A stretch of DNA of 63,960 nucleotides, the filler included, from Ionaspis alba (taxonomy: Eukaryota): NCBI GenBank assembly GCA_964255285.1. It is 5 parts of 5 records of this genome, joined end to end, with 100 filler letters (N's around TTAATTAATTAA, not from the genome) between each part and the next. Parts side by side here need not be neighbours in the genome. Positions count along the whole stretch, not along the records: positions 1 to 13,138 come from CAXUUL010000474.1; positions 13,239 to 26,353 come from CAXUUL010000475.1; 3 more parts are not named here. One strand, 5' to 3'. The notes beneath the pieces were generated by a model that was not told the origin of the DNA, searched no databases, and saw nothing but the letters and a program-made list of their open reading frames with translations. A program made the translations under genes and the position numbers. This document shows, piece by piece, positions 1 to 13,534 of this stretch; the first letter of the stretch is position 1; each line of letters opens with the position of its first letter.

Positions 1-1043
1 CCTGCCCCCCTCCTCCCCACCCTCCACATGTCCCGCATCCAGTTCCGGATTACTCAGCCCACTCCACTTGGACTCAATCCTCAATCCCTCTGTCCTAATC
101 CCCAGTCTCAATTCCCCATGCATATTAGCCGCCAACTCGAGCCTCGGTCCAGTGCCTCCACCTTGTAGTCCACTGCCATTACTTCGGGGTTTCGCAGCCG
201 AGAGCGCGAGTTTGGTGAATCGCTCTGATATTGCTTTGAGTTGGAGGAGAGAGGGTAGCAAGATGTGTACGTCTGGGTCCCGACAGCGGGGTTCGTGGAT
301 GCCGGCGACTTGATTGGCCGAGAGGACGCGGATGGCGATTTCTTGCGTGATCGTAGTTTCGCGAGCTGGGCCCGCGACGCCGCCGAAGTCGATGGGTTCG
401 TGGGAGATGTCTTCGGCTGTGACCTCCTCGCTCATGCCATTTTGCGGGGCATTGGAGTCTCTGTGACTGGTCTCATGGCTGGACCATGTGCGGCCTTCGA
501 TACCGAGAGTTCCTGGTGTGCGGCCGGAACTGGTGAGGGGTGTGTTGGTGATGATTGTCAACACGAGGAGAGGTTGATTGTCTTTCTTTGTGAGGCGGAT
601 GGAGGCTGAGGTGGCGGACTGGGCGGATTTGAGGGCGCGGTGGAGAGGGGCGAGGGGGACTTCGAGGTTGATTGTGTTGGCCGGGGCGGCGGATTGGATG
701 TTGTAGTCCTCGTCGAAGATGGCGTCCTGGTGCAATTAGACCCCGGATATTGTGGGCATGGGTTTTGACGCGTACATTTGCAAGTACGCTATCCCGAGTT
801 CAGCTGTCAGTCGTGCCATAGCATGCTCGTGGCTACTCACGCCCAAACTTGTGAGCCTTGCTCAGGGACTACTGTGCAGCGCAATTGCTCATTGTCAAGT
901 CGCACCCAAGCAATTTTCCCTAAGAGATTCAAGGATCCCGCGAGCTCTTCGAGGAGATGTCAACATAGTCCGTTACATTCTTTTGGCAGTTTGGTCATAC
1001 TGGTAAAGGTGTTGATGTTCTTAATGCCACTCTTGAACCTCAT
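1..1043 (-). CDS. HUS1: Checkpoint clamp (9-1-1 complex) subunit Hus1; 4 exons visible, 3' end runs off the window
   Basis: Manual splicing: ATG at 1043 gives MRFKSGIKNINTFT|KLAGSLNLLGKIAWVRLDNEQLRCTVVPEQGSQVWA|VLAN|DAIFDEDYNIQSAA..INLEVPL..IRLTKK..HEPRCRDPDVHILLPSLLQLKAISERF..LELAANMHGELRL, typical of filamentous-fungal Hus1. Introns are GT-AG. Not in the ORF track. Confidence 0.9.
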
Positions 1044-1526
1044 CTTGCAGTTCGGCGCGGCCTCCGTTTAGACGACGTGATCGGCATGGACGGTGGCATA
1101 TAGATGAACTTGAATATTCTTTAAAGATAAGCTCGTCTAAAGGTCTCATCAAATCTTAATGTTGAGAATGATTCAATGAAGAAGTGCGTACAGAAACTTT
1201 TTTTTAATGATGTTGGTCGTTTACAAGAGACTATCGATCCTATCGGACTATGATATGCAGAACCTTAGGGTTACCAAATGCAGGGGTATCTCTCGCCAAG
1301 CCATAAACCAGGACAGTACGCCATCTTGGTCCAACTCCAAGCAATGCTCGCTAAAGGCCTGGAGAGCACAGACAAGAGTACCCGGTCAGCATGTCATATC
1401 CTCCGAACAACGGAATTGTGGATGACCAAGATCCAGAAATTGACGCCATACCAAGCGAAGTGGTAGGCTCATAAAACGCGGCACTGTCAATCACTCAGCT
1501 CCACATCACGCCCAATACTAACGTCC

Positions 1527-4500
1527 TCAATCCTCCGCCTTAGCCTTGAAGAAGACCCGTCTCGTCTGCCCAACTTTCCCCATGTACCCGAAGTCCCCCG
1601 AGCCCGTGCTCTTCTTCCTTTCTGTGCTAGCTTTGCGCGCCTGATCAAGCATGCCATCAACCCACGCCTGCTTATTCGGAGAGACGTCCGTCCTCCTAGT
1701 CTTCGGACCAGCTAGCCCAAGCGTAGCATCATCAATCCACGACATGCGGGATGAAGAACGAAGTGAAGGTGTCGAAGAGTCAGTAGATCCAGGTGTTGCG
1801 TCATGCGATCTTGCTGCGGGGTCTGGCGTGCTTGGATTCTGGACATCTGTTGAGGAACCCAAGGATCGCCTTATTTTTTTAATGTTGAATGCAGACTCAG
1901 GTCGCTGAGGAGGTGGTCGGAGGGTGGGAGAGCCAGGCCTGCTCGTAGGAGTTGATCGTCCGCTCGCAAAATTAGCTAAAGTGGTGACAGAAGAGCTCGA
2001 CTGTCCAGTCGGCAGACCCTTGATCTCGAACTTCCCATCCGAGACTGATCTTCGTCCATGGTGACTAGCGTATTCTTTCAGATATTCTCCGAGATCTGCC
2101 CAGCCGCCACCGACTCGTACCATCACTCTTTCGCCGTTTTCGCCCACTAGACGGACGTGGAGCTTTATGGGCGCGTCCTTGCCAGGTCGATGTAGGTGAT
2201 AGAGTTTGACATCCGAGTCATTATTGGTTGATTTGGACTTTGACGACCTTGAGTATGCTGGAGCTAGCCTCAGTAGTGGCGTAGATGGTTGACTCCTGCT
2301 GGGGTATACTGGTGACGACGATGAGTGGCCGTTATTGAGCCCAATCACGCTATTAGGCAGCTTTACTTCTGGTGCATCAGGGTCGGGTCCCGAGGTCAAT
2401 TGAATACGAGCGGGCAAATCCTCGAGGAGTGAAATGATTCTGGCGGCGAGTTGATCATCGATGCTCTTGGCCGAATTAGGAGTGCTCGGTAAAGGTGATC
2501 GTCGGCTTTCGCCAGGTTTTGGAGACCTGACTGCATCTCGTAGTGGTGAGTTTGTAGGTCCGAATAGGAGTCGTCTGCGACTGGCCGCATCTGAAATGTT
2601 TGGTGACAAAGTACGCTTAGAGCGAGACAAGTTAGCGTCCGTGTCGGAGACCCTCCTGGCGCTCGATTGTTTGTTGTTGTTTGCGCGTACAGAAGGGGAC
2701 TGATCTTGATCCTCATCAGACATGGGTGGCGAATTCTGTAGCGCGAATGTTGGTGAAATCCCATCATTGGTCGCACTGGAAATCTGTTCTGATGGTAGTT
2801 GGAATGGCCATCGTAGCTTATTTGAACCTACTCCAGCAGGCATTTGCGAAGTTGGGGAGGAGCAACTTGCACTCCGAGTTATGGTTATGTTGCGTACCTG
2901 TGTCTCATGTTAGCACGTCCGAAGCACGCCGTTTTGAGCTCAATACATACCTCGCTTCGTGGAAGTACTTCAATTGACGTGCTCGAAGCTCTCTTCAGTT
3001 GTACCTTGGGTCTAGGATGCACATTCCCCTCACTTTCTCGCCTAGGACTACCAGGATCTTCAGGTATGGTACGCTCTGGCACGAAGCTCGACGCCCTACT
3101 TCGAGGAACATTTGCAGATCCGAGTGCAGATGTAGCTGGGTTCTCCTTTACGGTACTGATACTTCTCTCCGTTCGCTGACTAGAACGACGTGAGAGCACT
3201 TCTCCTGGGCTTTGGACTTCATTTGGTGACCAGAAAAGCGGCTTGTCTTCCAGCGTAGTCTTGAAGTATTCAACTCGAGAAGCATCAAGTATTTCTGGGC
3301 TCGACATATTCGAGAAGCAATCCGACGTGGTTGACCCTGAGAAAGAAGCGTCTGAAGAAATGCTATCATAGGTCTGATGACCACGGGTCTTCAGATTCAG
3401 GGGTTCAGGTCTATGACTTTTCGACCATTGGATTCTGTCTTCTGCAAGAATTCCACCCGGCACGGCAGCTGGGCCATCTACTCCTTGGACTTCCTTCTGA
3501 AACAGAGATTCTGTGCCACTGGTCACAATCAGAGGTTCTGTATCACCCGCAGACTTAGACAAATCGAGAGGCTTTGCGCTGATTGGTTTAGGAGATTGGG
3601 CTTTCACAATGGCATGAAGTATTTGCTGCTCAGCATCCTTTGCTGCCTTTGGGTTTGGTGATAATTCTGGTGCAACCTTGGAATTTCCAGGCGGGCTGGC
3701 CGAGAGCCCGTCTGCGCTCGGTGTGACCAGAGAAGCGTACTCCCGCATGTTGCTCTCGGAACTCCCATTCGCTCTCGTGGTCTTCTCCACCCTCTCCCTC
3801 TGCAGCCTCCACTCGTTCTGATCCACAAGGCGTCCTGCGTCCACAACCCAGACTTCATAGCTGTCTTGAATCCCCTCCATGTCATCGATCCAGTGATCTG
3901 GAATCGTATCCTCAGTACCCTCTAGTGAATCGAGCATGGCATCTAATCTTCGTCCAAGATCTCCAACCTTTTCTTGAAGCACGCTTTTCATGGTCAGAAA
4001 TGCAGTCCTCGTGAGATCTGACTCGACTCCAGCGTCCGAGTCATACGATTGCCCAATAGCCCGCTGTGCAGACTTCATGGCTGTTTGCGTATCTTCGAGT
4101 TGCCGCAAGAAGCCTGGTGTTTGCCGAAGCACTAGTAGACGGATAAACCACACATCGAGCAAGTTGTTGAGCCGCATGATCCATGGCAGGGCATGCATGA
4201 TCGTGGCGGTAATCACGACAGTGAAATCGTCTAGACTGTTGTGAGTAGTAGCGGGAGCGTCGACTCGTTCCTCGAGTGAAGAGGACCTTGACCTAGGTAA
4301 TAGATGAGCTCCTCGGACATGGTCTTTCAGCTCTTCCACATCAAGGGCTTCCATATTGTCCCTGATGACCTCTATCCTATCCTCGTAATTCTGCACGATG
4401 TCTGCCGGTAGAGATCCGAAATACACAGTTTCCTCGCCACCTTCTCCCACAACCAGAGATCCATTGTCATCCACTAAAACTTGATTCAAACATCCGTTAT

Positions 4501-4912
4501 GTTCTCTTGTATAGGTTTGTCTTTCTCTTGCATCAGGTTTTTCGAACTTGCTCTCAGGCCACTGCCATGCCTTAACTTCAGTATGCCATTCTCTTAGTTT
4601 CTTCGCTGCTAGAGCAGCCCGGATGCCCAATGCTCTTTCTGATGTGGACGCATCTGCAATGCTCTCTGATATAAGTCGAGTCCGATGTCCTGAGCCATTA
4701 GGTAGAGCTTCAGTAGCTCTCAGCGCGTCAAGAGTTGAGCTTGGAGACAAATTCGAAATCAGTGGGTCGATTTCGGTACTGGTGAATTGCTGACGACGAT
4801 GCGGTGAGCGAGACGGCGAGCGCGAGTTCGAACAATAATCCTGTGCTTTGAATCTTGTGGCTGGACTGAGGACAGCGGGGTTGGGGGATTGTTGGTCCAT
4901 TGCTAGCTTCAT
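1527..4912 (-). CDS. Large Ser/Pro-rich protein with C-terminal GAS2 (GAR) microtubule-binding domain; 2 exons
   Basis: ORFs 2885..4912 and 1527..2843 join via a GT-AG intron at 2950-2898 (GTATGT..GCTAAC..CAG). Motif HVRLVGENGERVMVRVGGGWADLGEYL is GAS2-type. The N-terminal part is helical/coiled-coil-like. Confidence 0.8.
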
Positions 4913-6457
4913 GGTGAGGTATGCGCGAGAGAACCATGAGAAGTAAACACTGCCATGGCTCTATTTCTCACCAACTCCTGCTGTGATAGCTGCTGGCACC
5001 AAAGTAGATTTTGATCACTCGCCCATAAGAATTGATACAGATAGTTCGGGGAGGCAAGGGAAACCGAGTGGGACAAGTTGGAGATTCATACCACAACCTG
5101 CCCGTTTAATCCTGTCAAAGGGTCGCGGCAGGGAAGGCACGGCATGGTCTAGGCTGCTGACGTCGGTGCTCGGAGCTCTTAGGCGCTCCAAAGCATTGCG
5201 ACCCCCTGGAATGACCGTTGACCTCCCCGTCTGCCAGGAACACACTCCCCCACAACTCCACATAATTGTAGTCGATTGACATGCAGTTGCAATATGTCGT
5301 GGACCAGTCTAATATACGGCTGGGTCAGAGCTTGCATTCCTGTACGCGCTATCCCATGAGACGAGTCTCCTCCTTGCATAGTACTTTGCCGTGCACGAAT
5401 GGTGGGGTCTTCTGCACGTTTTAATGCATATAAGCCTGTAGATGCAGGAAAAAACTTGCAGGCATTGGCTTACACCGAACGTTACTGCCGTCAAGCTTTA
5501 CCGGTCATACTGCGTCGAATGGAAGGGACTTTCTGTTCGCCACTGGATGTGTCTGCTTCAGACATTTTCTCTTTCCTTTTTCAATTTGGAGGAGATCTGA
5601 TGACTTCTACTATGTGGTCGAGCCTCCTCACAGGCGTGTAATAGGAAAAGATCACCAAATCAAACAATACGGACGGCCTCCACTTGCTGTGACTGACTTT
5701 CTGGGCGGCTTACATTGACCACTGTGCTGTCATTTCGATGGCTTACGTTCTACCTCTCTCGTCCTAAACAGTACCTGAGTAAATGCAACCGTGGGAGGAC
5801 ATTGGCTAGGGTACTCAATGGCGCTCTCTATTTCTCCTACATGGAACCCGGACGCCGAGGAAATGAGATTACCCTAGACTCTCTGGAGCAGAACTCTTCT
5901 CTCGGCCATTTCTTATCCACAAGGTCAGCTTCGGTCCAATCTTATGGTTGGTTCATGGAATCTAGTATGCTAACGGAAAGTCCTCCGGTGTCCATTTTTT
6001 GGGCAACTTTTGCCGTGAGCAGCCCCATGTCATAAAGCATGAGGAAGCGGCCTCCCGAGTATATAGTAGAATATTGCAATTCATCCGAAAGTATCGGCCG
6101 CTTTATCGTTCACAAGTGAAATTCAGTTTATATTCATGACTGGATGACAGCAGGCTCTTGTTGGCAATCCACAGATTTGCAATAGAGAAAATGAAGTTGT
6201 ACATCGGCTATGAGCACGCGTGCGTCACTCGCAACGTATGCCTGCTGCTTCCAACCCCCACTATAACCCACGGCTTTGTCTCCGTCACCTCTGTTATGCC
6301 TAAACAATGCCAGCACTACCGTTCTGGCTATCAATCTCATACTCACCAGTGACATTGGACCCAACCAGATGTCTGCAACAGTAGCTTTTTATTAAATCTA
6401 TGAGCACCAAGAAGACAGAACCCGTCTCCCAGAAGCTGTCCGGTGACGTCTGGCAAC

Positions 6458-9253
6458 ATGACTCGTTCCCCAACTATTCAGACCACGCCTCCGCCTACTC
6501 CGCCCTCACCTTCAGCGTCCTTCTATGATCTAAGCGACGATGAAGAAGGCGAATATAACACGATAATGCACAGCAGTTCCGGTAAAGGTGTGAAGCTACT
6601 ATTCTCGAAGAGCAAGGTAAGGATACCTGCGACGCAAAGCTAGAGACCATGCTTATAACCGATAGGTCTACGTGCACCCTACACCTTCTTCGAAAGACAA
6701 CATACCAGGCTTCATTGCGCTCATACAGCAGAAACCCACGGGCACCGATCCCGATCAACGCCCGACATCCTCATCTTCTTCCAAAAGTGTCAAAGCAACC
6801 TCTTTCCTTCTCTCATGGGTACCCGAATCGTCTCTTGGTGACGCTTACGATGCATACGCCAAGGTTGACCTCTCGGAAGCCTCTTCGCCTCCTAAACAAA
6901 CCCCACTCGTTCCTCAGCCCCCTACCACTACGACTCACGGCAGCTCCATTGGAACATATGCCTTCGCAGTGCCTGTTAGCGAGATATACTCCCTCTTAGT
7001 CAGACCACCCAGTCTGGGATGGTGGTTCGGAAGCGTAGTGATTAATACCCGGTCCGGGGACAGTTTCCCTGCTCTGTTCTTCCACGACAGTGAATGCCAG
7101 TCTACTATTTTGCAGAAGAAGCGCATGGTCAGGGAGACCTTTGATCCATTTGGCGAGGGTGGAGGTACATTTTGGGGTGGTGACGAGGTCTTAAGATGGC
7201 TGAAGAGATATGTTAAGGTGGAAAGGTCAGGGGTTGATCCTTCGGTATACCTGATCGAGCCAACAGCAGAGGATAAGCTTGGGTTCAGCAGCAATCCGTC
7301 ATCGCCAACTGGTGTAGGGCTACCTGGTACTGGAAACAGAGCAGCAGGCCAAGTCGGAATTGCAGGCCCAAGCACCACGTCGGCCTCAGGAGGCATAGAC
7401 GGCGCCATGGATCCATTCACAAAGGCTTTGAAACAAGCTCGGTGGAATTTTTTGGAGAAAATGAGTCAAGTAACAACATTCACAAGAAAGACCGCTCAAG
7501 AAATTGTCGAAAATCCAAAGCTCCCTCCGCAGGTTCGGAGGCTGATGAAAAACCCCGAGGTCCAGACCTTGCAGGACGAATTTGACAGCGCGAGAGTGTA
7601 TCTTGCAAGATGGGCTATGGGTATGGCGGAGCAGAGTGAAAGAGAGAGGAACCAAAGAATCTGGACGGCTCGTGATGTGCTAGAAATGGAGGAAAGCGAT
7701 GTTGGAGAATTTGAGATCCTTGACGCTGGAAGCTTGACATTGAGTGACAAGAGGAAACCTGTCACCTTGAAGGAGTGGAACGGCTTCTTTGATGCTCATA
7801 CTGGGCGACTTCAGGTTACTGCGGATGAGGTCAAAGAACGGGTCTTCCATGGCGGACTTGACCCGAACGACGGCGTGAGAAAGGAAGCCTGGCTTTTCCT
7901 GCTTGGAGTGTACGAGTGGGACAGCACAGCTGATGAACGAAAAGCTATGCTTAACAGTAAAAGAGACGAATTCGTTCGGCTGAAGGGTGCTTGGTGGGAG
8001 CGGATGGTCGATGGTACAGGTACAGCAGCAGACAACGAGTGGTGGAAAGAGCAGAAGGGTAGGATAGGTAGATCATCCTCGGACCTCCTACTGTAAAATT
8101 GGATCAGAAAGGCTAACTCAACCCATTGCTTGGGGTACGACATATAGAAAAAGACGTCCACCGCACCGATCGTCACATCCCTCTTTTCGAGGGCGAAGAC
8201 ATCCCACATCCCGATCCCGACTCGCCGTTCGCAGAGGTTGGCACGAATGTGCATCTCGAGCAGATGAAGGATATGCTGCTGACCTACAACGAGTACAATC
8301 GCGATTTGGGGTATGTCCAAGGAATGAGCGACCTCCTAGCTCCTATATACGCAGTCATGCAAGATGACGCCGTCGCCTTCTGGGGCTTCCAGAAGTTTAT
8401 GGATCGTATGGTAAGTATCCCTTGTCAACCACTACGACCGGTAAACACTAACCTCCATCGCTAGGAACGGAATTTCCTCCGCGACCAATCCGGCATGCGC
8501 GCTCAACTCCTTACACTGGATCACCTCGTCCAGCTCATGGACCCTAAACTCTACATGCACCTCCAATCCGCCGACTCGACCAACTTCTTTTTCTTCTTCC
8601 GCATGCTCCTTGTCTGGTACAAGCGGGAGTTCGAATGGACCGACACCCTACGTCTATGGGAAGCCCTGTGGACCGACTACCTAAGCAGCAGTTTCCACCT
8701 CTTTATCGCGCTCGCAATTCTCGAGAAGCATCGAGACGTCATTATGGAGCACCTAAAGCATTTCGACGAGGTGCTCAAATACGGTACGTCGAACTCTTTC
8801 CCCCTCCCCTGCTTCTTGCCTCTGCCTCTCCCTCTTCAAGACCCTCAGAAGAGTTCAAGCTGATCAACTATAGTCAACGAACTCTCCAACACAATCGACC
8901 TCCCCAGCACCCTCTCCACCGCCGAATCTCTCTTCCGCCGCTTCCAACGTACCGTCGAAGCCGTCGACAAGAAACATAACTTTCCAACCCCCAGCATCCG
9001 TCAGCGCAAAACGGTTGAAAACTCCACAACTCCCACCTCCGAAGCACCCTCATCTTCGACCAGTGCGGCAACCGGCAGTGATGCGAGGAAGGACAGTATC
9101 GGAAAGGCAGTGGCGAAAGGTGTTGGTGCCGAGGCGAAGAAAGACGGGGAAGCGAAGGAGAAGGTTATTAGTCCTGAGTTGAGGATATTGCTTAGTCGGA
9201 AGGTCGTTACGATGGAGAAGGAGGAGGTTGTGGGGCATGGGGGTGGCGTGTAG
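6458..9253 (+). CDS. GYP7: Rab/Ypt GTPase-activating protein Gyp7 (TBC domain); about 5 exons
   Basis: Motifs VKLLFSKSKVYVHPT, FPALFFHD, REAWLFLLG-like KEAWLFLLG, IEKDVHRTDR (Arg finger), YVQGMSDLLAP (Gln finger), FFFRMLLVWYKREF. Introns are GT-AG and the stop TAG is at 9251-9253. Confidence 0.93.
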
Positions 9254-9901
9254 GCGGTTGGCTTGGGGTTCGTTTTATAGGCTACGGTGAATGACACGAT
9301 TCTTTAGTGAGAAAAGATGGTGTTCTTGGTTGTGGAAGGCGCTGGCGTGTTATAAGTGGTTGGAACGGTGTGGGGCCAGAGGAATAGGTGTGCCCGAATT
9401 GGGACGTGCTAGATGGGAAATGCATGGTCCGAGTGGCGTATGAAAGTCCCCGGAACGTGGTCAATGGATGTGCGAGGAGGGCCTCGAGCATGTTGTGGTA
9501 GCGGACATGGAGAGTAACAGAGGTGTATGAGTTAACGAGGAAATGGACAGTGTGTATTGGAGGGCGCTGGCCCTTTGCGTCTTGAGCATGGAATGGCTAT
9601 TCTTCTCTGGCTTGGCGAGGGTGCTTTCTGGTATTATTGGGTGTGCATTGGATGAACCTCCAATATCGATAGGAATGCATTAGCGTTGGCCGCTGAATAT
9701 GGGACTTGTATGCCACGACGAGCGTTGGATGCTCCTTGCATTAAAGAGTAAGGACAACCCTATCGATCCTTTCGAGCCTCATGGAAAAGACTGGAATATT
9801 TCTGCATTGCGGCCATATATTATCATAAACCTGTAAGCCAAGGATATGGACACTCGTCCACCAGCCAACTATGCATCATGCCCTGTCATACTTCGGTGAA
9901 A

Positions 9902-10111
9902 TTCCCAGTGACAGACTCCAACGCTTATGCATCATGGGTATCAAATTCTCGAAGCTNNNNNNNNNNNNNNNNNNNNNNNNNNNNNNNNNNNNNNNNNNNN
10001 NNNNNNNNNNNNNNNNNNNNNNNNNNNNNNNNNNNNNNNNNNNNNNNNNNNNNNNNTTCCCAGTGACAGACTCCAACGCTTATGCATCATGGGTATCAAA
10101 TTCTCGAAGCT
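9902..10111. repeat. 55-nt exact direct duplication flanking a 100-N gap (assembly overlap artefact)
   Basis: 9902-9956 is identical to 10057-10111. Confidence 0.9.
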
Positions 10112-10162
10112 CGTCTCCACACCTACCCATGCCGAGGCCCTAACGCGATGAGGGAACTCCAG

Positions 10163-12029
10163 TCACCGAACAGGAATCTCCCAAGCACCTTCTTCTTGAT
10201 CATCCAACTCATCACTATCCCACTCATCCTCCTCATCATTCTCCACCATCTGCAGAAAACGCTGCAACCCTTGGACCGGCGGTCCTCGCTCCAGAACATT
10301 CGGCACCGGCCTCGGTCGCGCAAGACCCTGCTGTACCCGCGCATTGACGCGAATACCGTTAGCAGCCGGTGGAGCAGGCTGCTGGCGCACAACCGGAGGT
10401 GGTGGGGGCGGAGCAGGAGGTGCCGGAGGCGGAGGAGCCCCGAAATCAATTAGCACCTCTTCCTGATCTTCGGGTGGGTCCTCAATGGGTTCGTGGTTCT
10501 CAATCGGCCGAAATCTGTGGGGATCAACCCCATCACCTTCCTCCAGCTCCCAAAGCCTCATATAGCAGTCTCTGAAGCGCGTGTTAAAGTGCTGATATGG
10601 GTTTGCTTCGTCGAGCCAGGCACTGCACAGATAGCAGAAATGCGAGTTGCACCGGAAACAGATCATATGGTTGCAGCCCATGGTCTTTTGGCATCGGGCA
10701 TTGCAAGTCGGGCAGGGGGTGGAGTGTGCTCTGAGATATTCTTCGGAGGCTTTTTCTTCGGCTGTCAGCTCGCGGGCTTTACGTGGGAAGCAGGGCGCGA
10801 ATTCCCCGTGCCAGCCTGTACGGCAGACGATGCAGAAGGCGAAGGAGCAGTCTTCACAGACAGCGAGACGTTCGCCCGGGGGTGGAAATTTGGTGTCGCT
10901 GGAGTTGGGGTCGTAGGTGGGTGGGAGAGGTGGCTCTTCGTCTTCCTCACCAGAATCTGCTGCTTGGGTGAGGTCGGAAGGTTTGGGGTATTTCTTTGAA
11001 CGTGCGGCACCCTGACACCACTGCCTAGGGCAGTAGACTGTTGTGCGGTCTGATTCGAGCATTTTCTTCCGCTTTAGATTGACGTATCGCTGCACCGTCT
11101 CCTGCTCTAAAGGAATCTGAAGCAATTCACTGGGATCGAGTGTTCGGTCAACTTTCCTCCTTTTCTTCCTTCCAGGTGTAGGCCCTGAGTCTTTGCCACA
11201 GTTTGGAGCAAGACATTTGACGTTTGTGATGTCGCCTCCTTCAATGCAGGAATTGTAGAAGTCTTGCAGACATGCCACGCAGAAAACATGCGAGCAGAGC
11301 AGTAGACGATGGCAAGCCGCACCTTTCTTCGGTTCTATCCGCCACATCAGTGGGTCTTACTCTCATAGGATAGACCGGGGATGACCAACCTAGACAGACT
11401 CCACACTCAAAAGTCTCCTGCTCAAATTTTGCCCGCTTCGCCTTTGAGTCAAAGTCTAGAAGAGAGATCTCGAGCTCTTGGGATATTTCTAGTGGATTTC
11501 CATCCCCCTCCATCAGCCCAAAGCTATCCTCCGCCTGCTGTTGTAGATAATCGATGTAGGCAAACACAACCTGATCGCGTCCCATCTCTTCCCACAGTGT
11601 CTGACCCGCATTTCTCAGCTCATCCAGCTTGTATTTGGGTAGCCATGAAGACTCGGATTCCACTTCCAGAAGTGGGGCGTGTTGTGTAGGGTATCCTTGA
11701 GGAAGTGTGATATGAAGTAAAAGTGGTGGCAGATGAGAGACCAGCCGAACATCGTCAGCGTTGAGGGCGTTTCGGTCTACAGCGTTTTCAGCTGTTGATT
11801 CGTCCGCCGGTACGCCGTTTGAGCTAGGTGGTGTAGGTAAAGCCGCCGGTGGCGCACTCGTGGGAGCTGGAGAGAACCGGATAGGCAGTGGTATAACAGG
11901 AGAGACAGGAAGCTCGATAGAAGCGCCAAATGGGTCTGCAGAATCGATGATAAGCTCTGGAAATATTGCAGCTATGGTAGTGAGTTCGACTGCGCGCTCA
12001 TCCTCAGAGGCTTCCTCGTCCTCAACCAT
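10163..12029 (-). CDS. ITT1: RWD-domain RBR (RING-IBR-RING) E3 ubiquitin ligase, Itt1/RNF14-like; 2 exons
   Basis: N-terminal RWD (ELTTIAAIFPE..HLPPLLLHITLPQGYP), RING1 CGVCL|EPKKG..CSHVFCVAC, IBR, RING2 CPTC..MGCNHMIC..FCYLC. Intron at 11389-11335. Confidence 0.85.
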
Positions 12030-12415
12030 CGCGTGTCGTGTTCCAGGATAGCGGTGGGGAGCGAGACTAGATGTTCCGAGGTAAAGATAGATAGTGGTAA
12101 AAGGAGAAGTCGGTGCGAACTCTACTTGAAATATGACTCTATCTAGAAGTGTTTAGACCTCTGTCTGAAGGATCGTGGAGCCCCGGTGGCTGACTCACAG
12201 AGGCGTTGGTGAGGGAAGCTGCAGAATATAATTGCGGAATCGAGTCAAAAATTCGAGAGCCGCTTTAACGTTAGACCAGGGAAACATCCCCCTCGACTTT
12301 CTGGCCTCGTCGTCGCTTCTACGAGTGGGGATGTTCTTGCGCAGACATCTGGAAACTCTCATTTGTTTTTCATCACTCGAGTCTCAAGTGGAAAGTTCTC
12401 AATCTTGCGGGCAAG

Positions 12416-13138
12416 ATGGAGGATACTCCCATGGCATCTTTGTCATTGACTCATGTCCACTATGTATACTCCACCGTTCTTTCTCCAAGCTACAATGCAC
12501 TGACTTGCTATCAGAATCCCGACGATCCAATATCCTATCTTTGCGCGTGGCTTGCCCTAGTCCCTCAAGGCCTTTGCGTCATCTACGTCACACTGATATG
12601 GGCAACACGTGAAGTGGAGATTGGTCTCATGTTTGCAGGGCAGATGGCTTGCGAAGCATTGAATTTCCTGCTGAAGCGGATGATCAAAGAGGAAAGGCCA
12701 AAACGTATGATGCTTGAGTTCCATGTGAAAAACATTGTGGGCGGGGTGCTAAGTCAAAAGTAGAGATGTATGGTAAAGGCTATGGCATGCCATCCTCCCA
12801 CGCCCAATTTCTCGCCTTCTTTTCCATTTACCTATCACTCTTCCTCCTCGTCCGACACCGTCCTCCTGTCCCGGAACACAATCGCCTACCTTCATTCGCA
12901 GGTCCTTTGAGTCTGCTCATACCATCTCCATATATTCAACGTGTCATTCTAGCTCTTCTCGTGCTGGGTATGGCTGTTCTTGTCTCATTTTCACGTATAT
13001 ACCTGAATTATCATACTCCTCGGCAAGTCCTCGTCGGATGTTCTGCTGGTGTGCTCTCTGCCATTTCTTGTTACCTGGTGACATTATTCATTCGAAAAGA
13101 GGGTTGGCTATACTGGATTCTCGATAGTGAGATCTGCA
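12416..13138 (+). CDS. CAX4: Dolichyl pyrophosphate phosphatase (PAP2 family, Cax4/Cwh8/DOLPP1-like); 3' end truncated by scaffold end
   Basis: SLSLTHVHY|NPDD, KRMIKEERP, GYGMPSSHAQF and SRIYLNYHT are the three PAP2 motifs. Two GT-AG introns. Confidence 0.88.
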
Positions 13139-13238
13139 NNNNNNNNNNNNNNNNNNNNNNNNNNNNNNNNNNNNNNNNNNNNTTAATTAATTAANNNNNN
13201 NNNNNNNNNNNNNNNNNNNNNNNNNNNNNNNNNNNNNN
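13139..13238. other. Artificial scaffold linker (44 N + TTAATTAATTAA + 44 N)
   Basis: Six-frame stop spacer at 13183-13194 flanked by 44 Ns on each side. Confidence 0.97.
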
Positions 13239-13534
13239 GGATTGAAGCGGCGAGTCAGAAGCGATCGTGGATAGAATCTCAACTGAGGTTGTTGTATGAT
13301 AGTCTCGAGGATCTGGATGAGGGAACCATCAGACCTGCAACTGCTCGGCTTGGATCCGTTCCAGTCCAGAAGAATGTGAGACCATATCTTCCTGAGCTCT
13401 CGGTGTCTGCGATATGGGCGCCAACCTGCACCTTGGACGAATTCACAGGTGAGAGCGAGATTGTCAATGTCATCGACACACAGGGAGTCAAAGACGGCTT
13501 CAATCATCTCACTCGGTAGGGAGGACAAAGTCAT
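13239..13534 (-). CDS. F-box-like protein, N-terminal fragment (truncated by scaffold end)
   Basis: MTLSSLPSEMIEAVFDSLCVDDIDNLALTC is an F-box-like pattern; it aligns by eye with the neighbouring 425-aa ORF. Confidence 0.65.

Noticed and set aside
5595..5700. Possible C/D-box snoRNA (TGATGA ... CTGA)
   Set aside because: Imperfect C box, no terminal stem and no recognisable rRNA-antisense element.
12191..12197. TGACTCA (Gcn4/CpcA-type site) in the ITT1/CAX4 divergent promoter
   Set aside because: A single 7-mer is expected by chance in 64 kb; no conservation data.
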